64,000 nucleotides of DNA, taken from NCBI RefSeq assembly GCF_001194135.2, contig NC_068994.1, forward strand, positions 47,313,369 through 47,377,368, written 5' to 3'. The position numbers and the translations under genes were made by a program. The stretch is from Octopus bimaculoides. Its lineage: Eukaryota. Under the pieces are notes generated by a model. The model was not told the origin of the DNA. It did no database searches and saw only the letters and a program-made list of their open reading frames with translations. Position 1 is the stretch's first letter; the number at the start of each line of letters is the position of its first letter. This document shows positions 27,104 through 38,425 of the stretch, in pieces.

Positions 27104-28599
27104 CATTGATTCTACTAATCTTTCATGCTCTCTCGCTCTCTTTCTCTCTCTGTCTCTCTTTCTCTCATATGCAAACTTTCTCCTCCCTTTATGCTTATTT
27201 TGATTTTGTTTGAAGTATATCTGTATAGCTTAACTGTGCTGTAGTAATTCTGTCTGAGCAATAATCAGGTATGATCTGGTTGGATGTGTAACATTAAACT
27301 TTCCACGCAAGATAGAGCAAGAGTGAACTGCGGGAGCAGCTGGCTGTGAAAGGTACCAGCTGATGTCAGCAGGAGAGGCAACAGCACCAATGTGAATGAA
27401 ATGACTGGTGAGTGATGAGTGGATAAACTGATGTGTTGATGATGGATGTACTTATGATAGACATAGATCTGGTGGAAGGGGTGAGACATGTTTGTCATGG
27501 CTAGAATGCCTTTGATCACAGGTCAACTGGATCAGAGTTGACCTGATATTCAACAACAATCACATCAGCTATTATCCATAATACTTCTACACTAACCTAT
27601 TCTGTTATGATTACTATTGTTACCACTATGATTACTATGGTTGTATTTTGCTTTTAGGTAAGGTACGTAACTCTGCTTACATCAGTCTGCCTGGATGACT
27701 AACAAATTTCAACACAGGCTCTTTATACAGTTTTTCAACCTACTAAACATAACAGTTAAATTTCATCCAAATATCACTTTACTCAACAGATCTGCTTGTT
27801 CGAGGAGTTAACCAGGTACTACTTGAGAATTTTTCCTCCTATTTTCAGTTTAGTTCAGATAACTGTTAAAACAGAACATACATGAACTTGTAAATGTAGC
27901 TGCTCAGCTCCAGATCATCTCTAATTAAGCTAACATATGATCAATGATATTTCAACCATTTTGAAATATTCATCTTCTTTTTAAGGTTGTAGGGTGTAAT
28001 TTGAGGGAAATTTAACTCTTATTTCTGACAGGTTACTGTGTTATATCAATCCATGTTACTGTGTTATATCAATCATTGGAGATTGTCCAGGTTTACCAAA
28101 GACTAAGTCCATCCTATTCATGCTATCATGAAACAGATTAAAGCAAAAATGAGATAAGGAACGGAAGGAAAAAATGTAATCCCTGAAGTGAGGACTGAGC
28201 TGAAACAATCTAGGAAGTGATTTAGAACAGCTGTGAGTATTACATCTGTGTGTGGAGCAGGTGGTGACAACATCTGATGTAGCATACAATACAATATTGT
28301 ATAAAATTAGTGAGAATAATCCTAACCCATTGACATGTTGAGGTCACCTCTGAGGATTTTTCTGTTTGTTTGTGGGTCACAGTGGACGACCCTGCTGTTT
28401 GATTGATTGTAGGTTTTTCTTCTGTACAACCTGCTCTTGGGTTGAATGTGAGGTCAACTTTGATGATTCTGCCATTGGATTATTAGAACAGTCACCTTTC
28501 AAGACTGCCTCTCAAAATTTTTAGAAGTATCATCTCAATAAAGCAAGCAGGCAACCAAAACAACCGATCATCTAATGATAGTAAAGATAGTAATACCAC

Positions 28600-28945
28600 A
28601 GGTGAAGGCACATGGCTCGGTGGTTAAAGTGTCGGGTTCACAATCATGAAGTAGTGGGTTCAATTCCTGGACCAGACTATGTGTTGTGTTCTTGAGCAAG
28701 ACACTTTATTTCCCATTGCTCCAGTTCACTCAGCTGCAGAAATGAGTTGCGATGTCACTGATGTCAAGCTGTATTGGCCTTTGCCTTTCCCTTGGATAAT
28801 ATTGATGGCACGGAGAGGTGGGGGGGTATGTATGGGTAACTGCTGGTCTTCCATAAACAACTTTGCCTGGACTTGTGCCTCAGTGGGTAACTTTCTAGGT
28901 GCAATTCCATGGTCATTCATGACTGAGTGGGGGGGGGGGTCTTCA
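28600..28945 (+). mobile_element. tRNA-derived SINE (family D) with Pol III A and B boxes
   Basis: A box tggctcggtgg (28614-28624), B box ggttcaattcc (28658-28668), then gtgttcttgagcaagacacttt...ctccagttcactcagctg. Confidence 0.75.
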
Positions 28946-29959
28946 TCCCTTTTTGCCATAGGTCTAGGGAAGAAGGTTATGGTCAATCAATTTGGCTGAG
29001 TCATTTGTATCAGACAGAATGTCTATTGGTACTTTGGTACTTCTTTTGGCTCCGTTATTTCTGAGTTCTCTCTCTCTCTCTCTCAATTGGCTGCTTTTAA
29101 CAGTGTGAAAGGTAAAAGTAAGACCACTTATAGGATCCCTTTCTGCAGGAAAGGTTGAGCAAGGAGCTAGTAACTGTTTCTCATAGAAACATTTACTACT
29201 GAAACTATATATTAAAAAAATTAGAACAAATATCACAAGGCATTTTAACTTTTCTAAGTCACTGCTTTGCAGTTGTAGAGATTTTTGTCAAAGCCTTAAA
29301 TCTTTGGGGTATGGGTGTAGTCAAATTAATCAACCCCAGTTTTACATTGTTTCTTATTTTATCAAACCTCACAGAAGGATGAAAATTAAAGTCAACATTG
29401 GCAGAATTTGAAATCAATTAATAATGATAATTATAATAATACACAATAATACAATGATATTGATAATTTTCTCATAAAATCAATTTAAAGTAGAAATAAG
29501 GCCAAGGTTGTTGGTAACACATGTTTGATTAGTGGTAATGTGAGGGCAGGAATTAATGATGGAACAAAAATAGTAAATTCCCTGTAATTAAATCAATCCA
29601 CTGCTTGTATAATAAGGTACCTCACTCTTGATTATCTATATTTTGTCCCTCATCAAAATCTGTCACTGGCTTTTGCATATTAGTTCCTATATTTTCAGCA
29701 AGGATTGTTTGAACAACTGTAAGTCAGCTAAAATACTAGAGTATGAATGGCCGAATGGATGGGATACTTGATAAGCAGCCAGTTTGTATCCTGTCAGCAA
29801 ACTAGTACTGTGTCTGTATCAAAACACTTGAGTCTCAAAAACGACTCAGTCTACTTCCCTGGAAATAAATACTATAGAAACGTATCGTAAAAATTACCAA
29901 AAATTTTCACTGACTTGCAGCACCTTGAGCTGTGTTTGTGGGAATGGGCACAACAGTCA

Positions 29960-30216
29960 AATGCTCCACCCCAGGGGTTCATATGACCCTTGGTGGTCCA
30001 TATAAGATTTTGTTGTTAAAACTTATGTACAATAAATTGGTTATACTTCTACAATGCACAAAATATTTGAACAATTTTTCGTAATTCTATTCCTAATATT
30101 ATTTAATCATACAAAATATAATAGGATTTCTTAAACATCAAATGGTTATGAGGGGACACTCTAGTAAAGCAGGAATCAAAGGGGGTTCATAAGTAAAAAA
30201 TGGTTGAGAACCACTG
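29960..30216. mobile_element. Non-autonomous hAT-like DNA element (right TIR preserved)
   Basis: Ends in tggttgagaaccactg, the reverse complement of CAGTGGTTCTCAACCA, a hAT/Charlie-type terminus. The left end is degraded. Confidence 0.5.
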
Positions 30217-30759
30217 CTCTACCCCGGGTTATCTACTTACAACCAGGTGGATTGAATTGTTAAGTACTGGGAGACCTCAATTTACATTATTTCAAGTTAT
30301 GTGTTTTTGAATTCATATAATTTTTGAAGAAATTAATGGGAAAAAAATGAACTCAACGTCAGTCAGTTTATCTGGCTTTATAGTTGTCTCAGCAAATATA
30401 TTTAAAAGCAAAACATAATAAAAAGAAAAACACCTGAAAAACTGATATTGAAATGGAAAAATCAAATAAAATACATGTGAAAATATGTACAAACCAGTCA
30501 TAAAAACAAGTTTAAGCTAATAAATTTTTGTTTAATGTTTTTTTCTATGTTACGTTCATTTTTGAGTTTTGTTGCATGTCTTGGAACCAATTATTGACAT
30601 AAGTTTGAGATATACCTGTATATCGGCTACTTTACGCATGGCATCTTTGCAAAAGCTAGAGTAGAGTGAAGTGGATTTCTAAAGCTATGGGTCACTAAAG
30701 ATAGGCAACAGATCCCATAAAAGAAATTGAAATATACCCTACCCACCTTTTTGCAGTTG

Positions 30760-31200
30760 ATAGTACATATGTTGGTAGATTGGCTGTTGATAGACCAGCT
30801 GTTAATAGACTAGCTGTTGGTAGTACATTGATTGGTGAACCGGCTATCATTAGTGTGGCTATTGTTAGTGCAGCTATTGATAGCATATGAATCAATAGAA
30901 CAGCTGGTCATAGTGTGTCAGTTGATAGTCTGATTGTTAATAGACCAATTGATGGTGCAGCTGTTGATAATGCATCGGTTGATAAACTGGTTGTTGGCAG
31001 TGCATTGGTTGGTAGACCAGCTATTGTTAGTATGGCTGTTGTTAGTGCAGTTATTGATAGTATATGAATCGATAGAGCCACTGTTGATAGTGTGTTAGTT
31101 GATAGTCTGATTGCTGATAGACTGGCTGTTGGTGGTGCATTGGTTTAGAGACCAGCTACTTTTAGAGCGGCTATTGACATCGAGTCTGTAGGTTGTTAGA
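30760..31200. repeat. Degenerate 15-bp minisatellite with higher-order structure
   Basis: About 27 units of gctgttgatag(a/t)nca. The block starts at 30813, 30990 and 31125 are homologous. Confidence 0.85.
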
Positions 31201-31639
31201 ATGGTTGGTGATAGTTATGCTGGTGATAGTGAAGCTGCTATCAGACATTTAAATCTATTACCTACAACTGAATCTCAATATCAGGATTATTTATCAATAG
31301 GTGATTGACCCAGCTCATCTAAGGACCCATAGTACCCAGTATCTTTTCTGGCTAAACCACCTTTAGGAGAGGATGAATTCAGACACTGTAAACCAACAAA
31401 AGTATTCAAAAGTGTTTGTCTGTTAGAGTACAGTTCTCAGAGATGAAATTATTTTCAATCCTGCATTACCTGTTTAAAGCTAAGCTAGGGAGACTGGATT
31501 GTTAATTATGAAATGTTTGTATTTAGAGATACATTCATAGAATCTGCAACAAAATATCAACCACTGCACACTCAATGGCTTTAGCCATATTTAATGATGA
31601 TGCTTCAACAGTTTTATCTCTACAATGATGTGGAACTAG

Positions 31640-32290
31640 GAACTGCAAAGATGTGGCTACTGTGATAGTACAACTGCAATGTTGCCATTATGGCTGTGAT
31701 AGTGGTATTGCACTAGTGTGGATAGTGATACTGCAGTGTTGTCACTCTTGTGATGCTGGTATTACAGTCTTGGTGGTACTTCAGTGCCACTGTTCTGGCT
31801 GTTATTTTGATACTACAGTGAAATGTTGTACTATCATGAAGATGAAAAAAAGCCAGTGATGGTTGTACTACAATGTTGATGGTGATACTGCAGTGTTGTC
31901 ACTCTAGTGATGCTGGTATTGCAATCTTGGCAGTACTTCAATAACCCAGTTCCTGGTGTTATATTGGTACTACAATGAAAGATGGTATTATCATGACGGT
32001 GAAAAACCATTGATGATTGTACTGCATTGTTGTTACTGCAGGGTTGGTGACAATACTACAATCTTATTAGTACAGCAAGAGTAGCCCTACAGTATTGATG
32101 GTGTTATGACGATAAATGATAACTGCACTGCATTACTGGTGACACTGCAATTATGATAGTACTGCAGTGATTATAATAGTACTATATTACTGGTAATATT
32201 GTGGTATAAGTGAGAGTGCTATAGTAACGCTGGTACTGTAGTAATGGTGATAAAAATATGGTATTATTAGCATAATGGTTGTACTGCAGT
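31640..32290. repeat. Low-complexity repeat containing a 157-bp tandem duplication
   Basis: gtgatactgcagtgttgtcactct occurs at 31725 and 31882, with colinear downstream sequence. Confidence 0.75.
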
Positions 32291-32515
32291 GCCAAGTAAG
32301 GGTGACTCCATATTAAAATATACAATACAAATACTTCCATCCATTATATCCTTCTATACTCTTTTTCAGATAAAAAAAATCACTCCAGATTTTTGTGATG
32401 TATTTTTGATTTATAAATATTCATATCTATTATATATCATTTTATTCTTTTGATTTTGTTTCATTTCCAGAGTTTCAATCATAATAATAGCTGCTTCAGT
32501 ATAGAAATCTACTGT

Positions 32516-32558
<43 letters not shown>

Positions 32559-32660
32559 TCAGTAAATAGTGGGGTTGTGTTAACCGCACGTGGAGAAATA
32601 ATAGGAAAATGAAAAATAATAATAAGGCAGAATGCTAAACTGGAAGCATATTTTAATAAA

Positions 32661-32706
32661 GATTTCTAACCGGCTTTCATTGAATAGCAAATTTTCAAGA
32701 AGAGGG
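32661..32706 (-). ncRNA. Degenerate minimal hammerhead-like motif (U3/A8 core)
   Basis: - strand: ttc TTGAAAA t TTG ctatt CAA t GAA AGCC GGTT A gaa. Confidence 0.3.
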
Positions 32707-33335
32707 AGAATGAAAATGTTTTTTACAAAGAAGTACAAAATGAAGAAAATAATATATGAAAAAAAATAATATATAAAAAATAAATATACCAATACCTTAT
32801 ATTGTCTTTGAGCTTTTAAAGTTNNNNNNNNNNNNNNNNNNNNNNNNNNNNNNNNNNNNNNNNNNNNNNNNNNNNNNNNNNNNNNNNNNNNNNNNNNNNN
32901 NNNNNNNNNNNNNNNNNNNNNNNNNNNNNNNNNNNNNNNNNNNNNNNNNNNNNNNNNNNNNNNNNNNNNNNNNNNNNNNNNNNNNNNNNNNNNNNNNNNN
33001 NNNNNNNNNNNNNNNNNNNNNNNNNNNNNNNNNNNNNNNNNNNNNNNNNNNNNNNNNNNNNNNNNNNNNNNNNNNNNNNNNNNNNNNNNNNNNNNNNNNN
33101 NNNNNNNNNNNNNNNNNNNNNNNNNNNNNNNNNNNNNNNNNNNNNNNNNNNNNNNNNNNNNNNNNNNNNNNNNNNNNNNNNNNNNNNNNNNNNNNNNNNN
33201 NNNNNNNNNNNNNNNNNNNNNNNNNNNNNNNNNNNNNNNNNNNNNNNNNNNNNNNNNNNNNNNNNNNNNNNNNNNNNNNNNNNNNNNNNNNNNNNNNNNN
33301 NNNNNNNNNNNNNNNNNNNNNNNNNNNNNNNNNNN

Positions 33336-33393
<58 letters not shown>

Positions 33394-33748
33394 TGTGTAC
33401 ATTTATACATTAGTTACATAAATTTACTTGAATTTCACATAATACATATACATTCATTCACACATAGATACAAAAATTCAAATGTGAAAACATAATTATA
33501 CATATTTATGTGTGTTTGCATATGTGATATACATGTGTGTGGTGTGGTGTGTGTATGTATTTTTTGCATATTTATTGTGTATATATTTATGTATGTGTCT
33601 GTATATATACATCCATAATTGTGTACAAATTTCTTGCAACGGAGAAACCTGTATGCTACCATTCAGTTGCTTGTATTTTTGTGTCAATAAATGTTTCTTT
33701 CTCATACACATACGTGTGTGTGTGTGTACATCTCAAGTGCTATATAGC

Positions 33749-33835
<87 letters not shown>

Positions 33836-34228
33836 GTGTGTTACTCACTATTTGTAGAGATGTGTCTGTGTGGCAAGTAGTGTAAATGGAGCTATGTAAC
33901 ATCAAAGAAAAGAAGAAAAAGGAAAACACATCTAAGAAACAGCAAGCTATTATTATGTAGAGGGACATTAGGGAGTTAGTCATATTGTAAATAAGCAGCT
34001 TTGCAGAAAGAACAACCAAAATGGAATCATGCAATGCCATGAAAGTCAGACAATATTGAGTTATGCTTGGATTTTTTTTTTTTGGTGAAGGGCTGCTGTT
34101 TTGAACATTATGGTAAACATGGTGCTGCTCTTCTTTCTACTAGCTTGTTGCTGTTGTGTTCCTTAAATGAAATGGGATACAGTTTGTGTAGCTGGAAGTT
34201 GCTGTTGCCATTATTATTATTATTATTA

Positions 34229-34260
<32 letters not shown>

Positions 34261-34369
34261 GTTATCATTATTGTTATTATTGTACCTCTTCCCCCCACAA
34301 AATGTGTGGCCTTGTGCCAAAATTAGAAATCCTTGTTGTTGCTATTAATAATAGATTTGAAGTATAGGT

Positions 34370-34740
34370 GGCACATTGGTAGAATGCTTTGTAGTACTTG
34401 CATCACTATACATTTCTGAGTCCAAATCCTGACAAGATCAATTTTTATCTTTCATCATTCCAGGGGAAGAGGAAGGATGATTAAATGAGTATCAGTCAAA
34501 TACGAGAGGAGATGGGGAGGGGCAGGTGTAATTTACTCGACTGTGTTTTTACTCCATCTTCCCTAAAATATCTGCCTGTGTAGAATACCTTGTGATATTT
34601 TGTTACATCCCTCTACGTCTTGATTTCAAATCATTCAGAGACTGACTTTGCTTTTTACTCCTTCAGAAGTCAATAGAGTACATACCAGTGAAAAACTGAG
34701 GTTTATTAAATGGAATGATTTTGTGTTGTTGCCTATGTTA
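34370..34740 (+). mobile_element. Two SINE family B copies
   Basis: gagtccaaatcctgacaagatcaa...ttcatcattcc and gatttcaaatcattcagagactgactttgcttttt...gtcaatagagtacataccagtg. Confidence 0.6.
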
Positions 34741-34782
34741 GAAATCTTTTTGTAATAATTTGAATTAACTTTGATGTATAAG

Positions 34783-34934
34783 TACAAACATGGCAGTCTG
34801 TTTAAGAAGCATGCTTTGCAACCATGTAGTCTTGGGTTCAGTTCCACTGTCTGGCATCTTGGGTAAAGAGTCTTCTACTATTGTCTCAGGTCGACCAATG
34901 CTCCATGAGAGAATTTGTGTGAAAGCCTGAGCCT

Positions 34935-34993
<59 letters not shown>

Positions 34994-35452
34994 TTATTTA
35001 TTTATTTTTTATTATTATTAAACAAGAATATCATAGTCAGTGACTTTGAAGTTTTGGCCAGTTAAACTGTTGGCAGTCTAATGATAGCTTAACTGGCCAA
35101 AACTTTGAAGTCACTGTCAATAATGTCCTTGTTTAAGAATAATAAATTTGTCCTTGACAAAAGTATAGAGTAACCCATCAGATTAATGTATAATTGTTTT
35201 TATTATAACTGAACATGACAGTTAACATTAATGTGTGTGTGTGTCTGTGTGTGTTTGTGTCTGTGTTACCTCACCCCACTGACAACTGATGTCTTTTTGT
35301 TTATGCCTCATTAACTTAGCAGCTCAGAAAAAGAGACAAATACAATAAATACCAGACTTAAAGAATAAATAAGTTCAGAGGTTGGTTTATTTGACTATAA
35401 AACCATTCCAAGTAGTGCTCCAGCAGTCCAATGACTGAAACAAGTAAAAGGT
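34783..35452 (+). mobile_element. SINE family A copy interrupted by (CA)n and a hairpin element
   Basis: 5' half at 34783-34935 and 3' half at 35233-35452 (...gctccagcagtccaatgactgaaacaagtaaaag). Confidence 0.7.
35008..35146. repeat. 58-bp inverted repeat (hairpin/MITE-like)
   Basis: Arms 35008-35065 and 35089-35146: 50 Watson-Crick pairs, 3 G:U and 5 mismatches by manual alignment. Confidence 0.9.
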
Positions 35453-35735
35453 AAAAAAAAAAAGGTATATCTGAAAAGAACCATAATTGATAAATCCTAT
35501 AAATGCACTCATGTCTGAAGACAAGTGGATAATAGCCAAACAACCACTTAGTGTGTTTATAGGGTTTCTCAATTATGACTTTTCCCAAATATAGCAATAT
35601 TGGTTTCAACACGCAGTTTCAGATGGAAATTCTGGCAAAATAAATTCAAAATTGGAATAAATGATTATTACAAAATAAAACAAAAGAATAGAAATGAGGT
35701 GGAATGGTAAAACTTTTTAGATGTTGGAGAAAATG

Positions 35736-36148
35736 CAAGGCTGGATTAAAACCCATAGAGGCCCTAAGCATTTAAAAGATTTTGGTGCCCCTCCCCGCCA
35801 TATATATGTAGTTCAAAATATAAACAATAATAAACCATAAATAAATGTTTATTTTTCAAAATGAAACAAAACTAACAGTAAGATGGAAAATATTGTTTAT
35901 TTTTGAATGCATCCATTTTATTTATATTTGAAAAGTTTTCTCCTACTTTTTTTAATTGCAAAGTCTTTGATCAGGTCCTCATTATGACACCCGAACACTT
36001 CAAAATTATATTTCCAATCATATAAATCATTTTGAATATTATTTAAGCAAGTTTAAAGTGATTTCTTTTATGCTCTCAGCTATTTACAATTTCTGTGGTG
36101 CCCACCTTCCCTCAATGCCCTAAGTACGTGCTTATTTTGCTTAATGGT
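35736..36148 (+). mobile_element. Non-autonomous DNA-transposon-like element (CAGGGCCGGATT-type end)
   Basis: Begins caaggctggattaaaaccc...ggccctaagca. A subterminal gccctaagta repeat lies near 36117. The right terminus is eroded. Confidence 0.4.
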
Positions 36149-36154
36149 CACTGA

Positions 36155-36525
36155 GAAAATGTTTTGTGGTGTTTGTTTCAGCTCTTTACATTCTGAGCTC
36201 AAATCCTGTCATGGTCAACTTCGCCTTTGATCCCTCCACAGTCAATAAAATATAGCACCAGTCATGTATCAATCGTCCCCTCAACACTGCTGACCTTGTA
36301 CCTAAATCAGAAACCCTTATCATTATTATTAGGGTGGCAGATCAACAGAATCCTGAAAGCTTCAGGAAAAATGCCTTGTGGCATTTGTTCTTAGTTCAAA
36401 TCTAGTTGAGGTCAACTTTACCTTTCATCCTTTCAGCATTGACAAGATAAATATTGGTCAAGTTGGTATAATCAACTAACCACTTCCCCAAATTTCAGAC
36501 CTTGTGCTTTTACTGGAAACCATTA
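36155..36525 (+). mobile_element. Two tandem SINE family B copies
   Basis: gagctcaaatcctgtcatggtcaacttcgcctttgatcc and gttcaaatctagttgaggtcaactttacctttcatcc. Confidence 0.75.
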
Positions 36526-37179
36526 TTATTATTATTATTATTATTATTGCAACTGAGGGGTTTAAACCATCTCAACTGCACTTGTTAAGATCAGTGGTAA
36601 ATCTTCTTGTTGACAGGTCACTACTTTATCATGACAAATTTTCGTAGAGTATCTTTGGTGTCTACATATGGACCTGCAAGCCAACATAGGTAGAGTTAAA
36701 TGTTTTTTGTTACATACAATCTCTTTGTCTGAGTCTGTCTGTCTTTCTACATGTCTTTCTCATGCTCTCTCTTTCTCTGTCTCTCTGCATTGTGTCTGTC
36801 ACTGTGATGTGTGTGTGTGTGTGTACGCATGTGTTTCTTGCTCTGTTTGTTTGCCTCTCTCTTTCTCTATGTATGTGTCTCTTTACTAGATTGCATTTGT
36901 TAATAAGTTATGGTTATTAAATTGTTAATTACAGTGATTATTAACTGAGAAGTGGGGGAAGGGAATGTTATATTAAGAAGGTGGTAATTACAGAGTAGAA
37001 ACAACTGCTTTTTCTCCTTATAAGTGACATGGTGAGAATGTAATACGTAAATTACTGTGCAACTGTTATATGTATGCGTGTATGTGTGTTACATGATAGG
37101 AATATTTGCTGATGTTTGGAAAGACACACCAGTGGGCAGTGGAAGTGTAGTTTCAAACCACAACAAACCACTGCTTGGT

Positions 37180-37370
37180 CCCTGCTTGCCCTTTAGCAGA
37201 GGTCATTCTGTTGTAGGCATCCAAGCCAAACAGTTCTCTACCATTCTCTCTCCACCCACATTTTTCCTGCGGTCATTGACTTGCTGCAGACATTCAAAGT
37301 GGACATCAGCTGTATCAGATTCATTAATCTCCAAGTGGTCTTCGCAACGATTATGAGTACTGTTCCTCTT
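37180..37370 (-). mobile_element. Possible LINE ORF2 extreme C-terminus remnant
   Basis: - frame RCEDHLEINESDTADVHFECLQQVNDRRKNVGGERMVENCLAWMPTTE* resembles RTE/jockey-type W..D......DR..W ends only loosely. Confidence 0.3.
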
Positions 37371-37384
37371 CCCTCTTATCTTTT

Positions 37385-38425
37385 TTATCTTTTACTTGTT
37401 TCAGTCATTAGACTGCGTCCATGCTGAGGCACCACCATGAAGAATTTTTGGTCAGATGATCGACTCCAGTACTTATTATTATTATTATTATTATTATTAT
37501 TGTTCAGTAGTTTTATTTTTATAATGTGCTTTCACTTCACTACCGAGCGCAGCTCTGTGTGCCTTGGGTATGTGCTGTGGTTTGCTGTGGTGCTCTTATG
37601 GTTACTGTATTGAAAGTGTTTTGCGTAGGATGTGTGCAGTGCCCAGTAGTGCAATTTTTGTTATGTATTNNNNNNNNNNNNNNNNNNNNNNNNNNNNNNN
37701 NNNNNNNNNNNNNNNNNNNNNNNNNNNNNNNNNNNNNNNNNNNNNNNNNNNNNNNNNNNNNNNNNNNNNNNNNNNNNNNNNNNNNNNNNNNNNNNNNNNN
37801 NNNNNNNNNNNNNNNNNNNNNNNNNNNNNNNNNNNNNNNNNNNNNNNNNNNNNNNNNNNNNNNNNNNNNNNNNNNNNNNNNNNNNNNNNNNNNNNNNNNN
37901 NNNNNNNNNNNNNNNNNNNNNNNNNNNNNNNNNNNNNNNNNNNNNNNNNNNNNNNNNNNNNNNNNNNNNNNNNNNNNNNNNNNNNNNNNNNNNNNNNNNN
38001 NNNNNNNNNTATGTATTTGTCTGAATATTTTTTTATTATACCTAAGGCACCTACTATGATAGGAATTGTTTCTGTTTTTAGATTCCACATTCGAGTTACC
38101 TCTATTATTATTATTATTATTATTGTTATTATTATTTAGCCTGGTGCTTATTCTATCACTTTCTTTTGCCAAAATGTTATGGAGATGTAAACACACCAAC
38201 ACCAATTGTCAAACAGTGGTGGGGGACAAACACAGACACAGATACGCGCACACACACAAATATATATGATGGGCTTCTTTCAGTTCTCACCTACCAAATC
38301 CATTCACAAAGCTGTGGTTGGCCCAAGATTATTGGAGAAGACATTTGCTCAATATGCCATGCAGTGGGACTGAACCTGAAACCATGTGATTGGAAAAAAA
38401 AACTTCTTAACACACAGGCATGCCT
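37385..38425 (-). mobile_element. SINE family A copy split by a Dong/R4 insertion
   Basis: Tail at 37385-37472 and body plus head at 38137-38425. The halves join colinearly with the intact copy at 51250-51628. Confidence 0.8.
37502..38103 (-). mobile_element. 5'-truncated R4/Dong-like non-LTR retrotransposon 3' end
   Basis: EVTRMWNLKTETIPIIVGALGIIKKYSDKY[gap]ITKIALLGTAHILRKTLSIQ* is a typical R4/Dong restriction-like-endonuclease C-terminus. It is followed by a 100-nt 3' UTR, and (AAT)n lies on both sides. Confidence 0.85.

Noticed and set aside
28032-28074. 23-bp-period tandem duplication
   Set aside because: It is a small local slippage at a repeat end with no further structure.
28234-28287. 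13-nt match to the 5' end of miR-12 (TGAGTATTACATC) with a partial complementary arm
   Set aside because: The remaining ~9 nt do not match miR-12, and the hairpin is bulged and weak. A chance match is plausible.
28600-28680. Possible tRNA gene
   Set aside because: A and B boxes are present, but there is no complete cloverleaf or T-run terminator, and the sequence continues into a SINE body.
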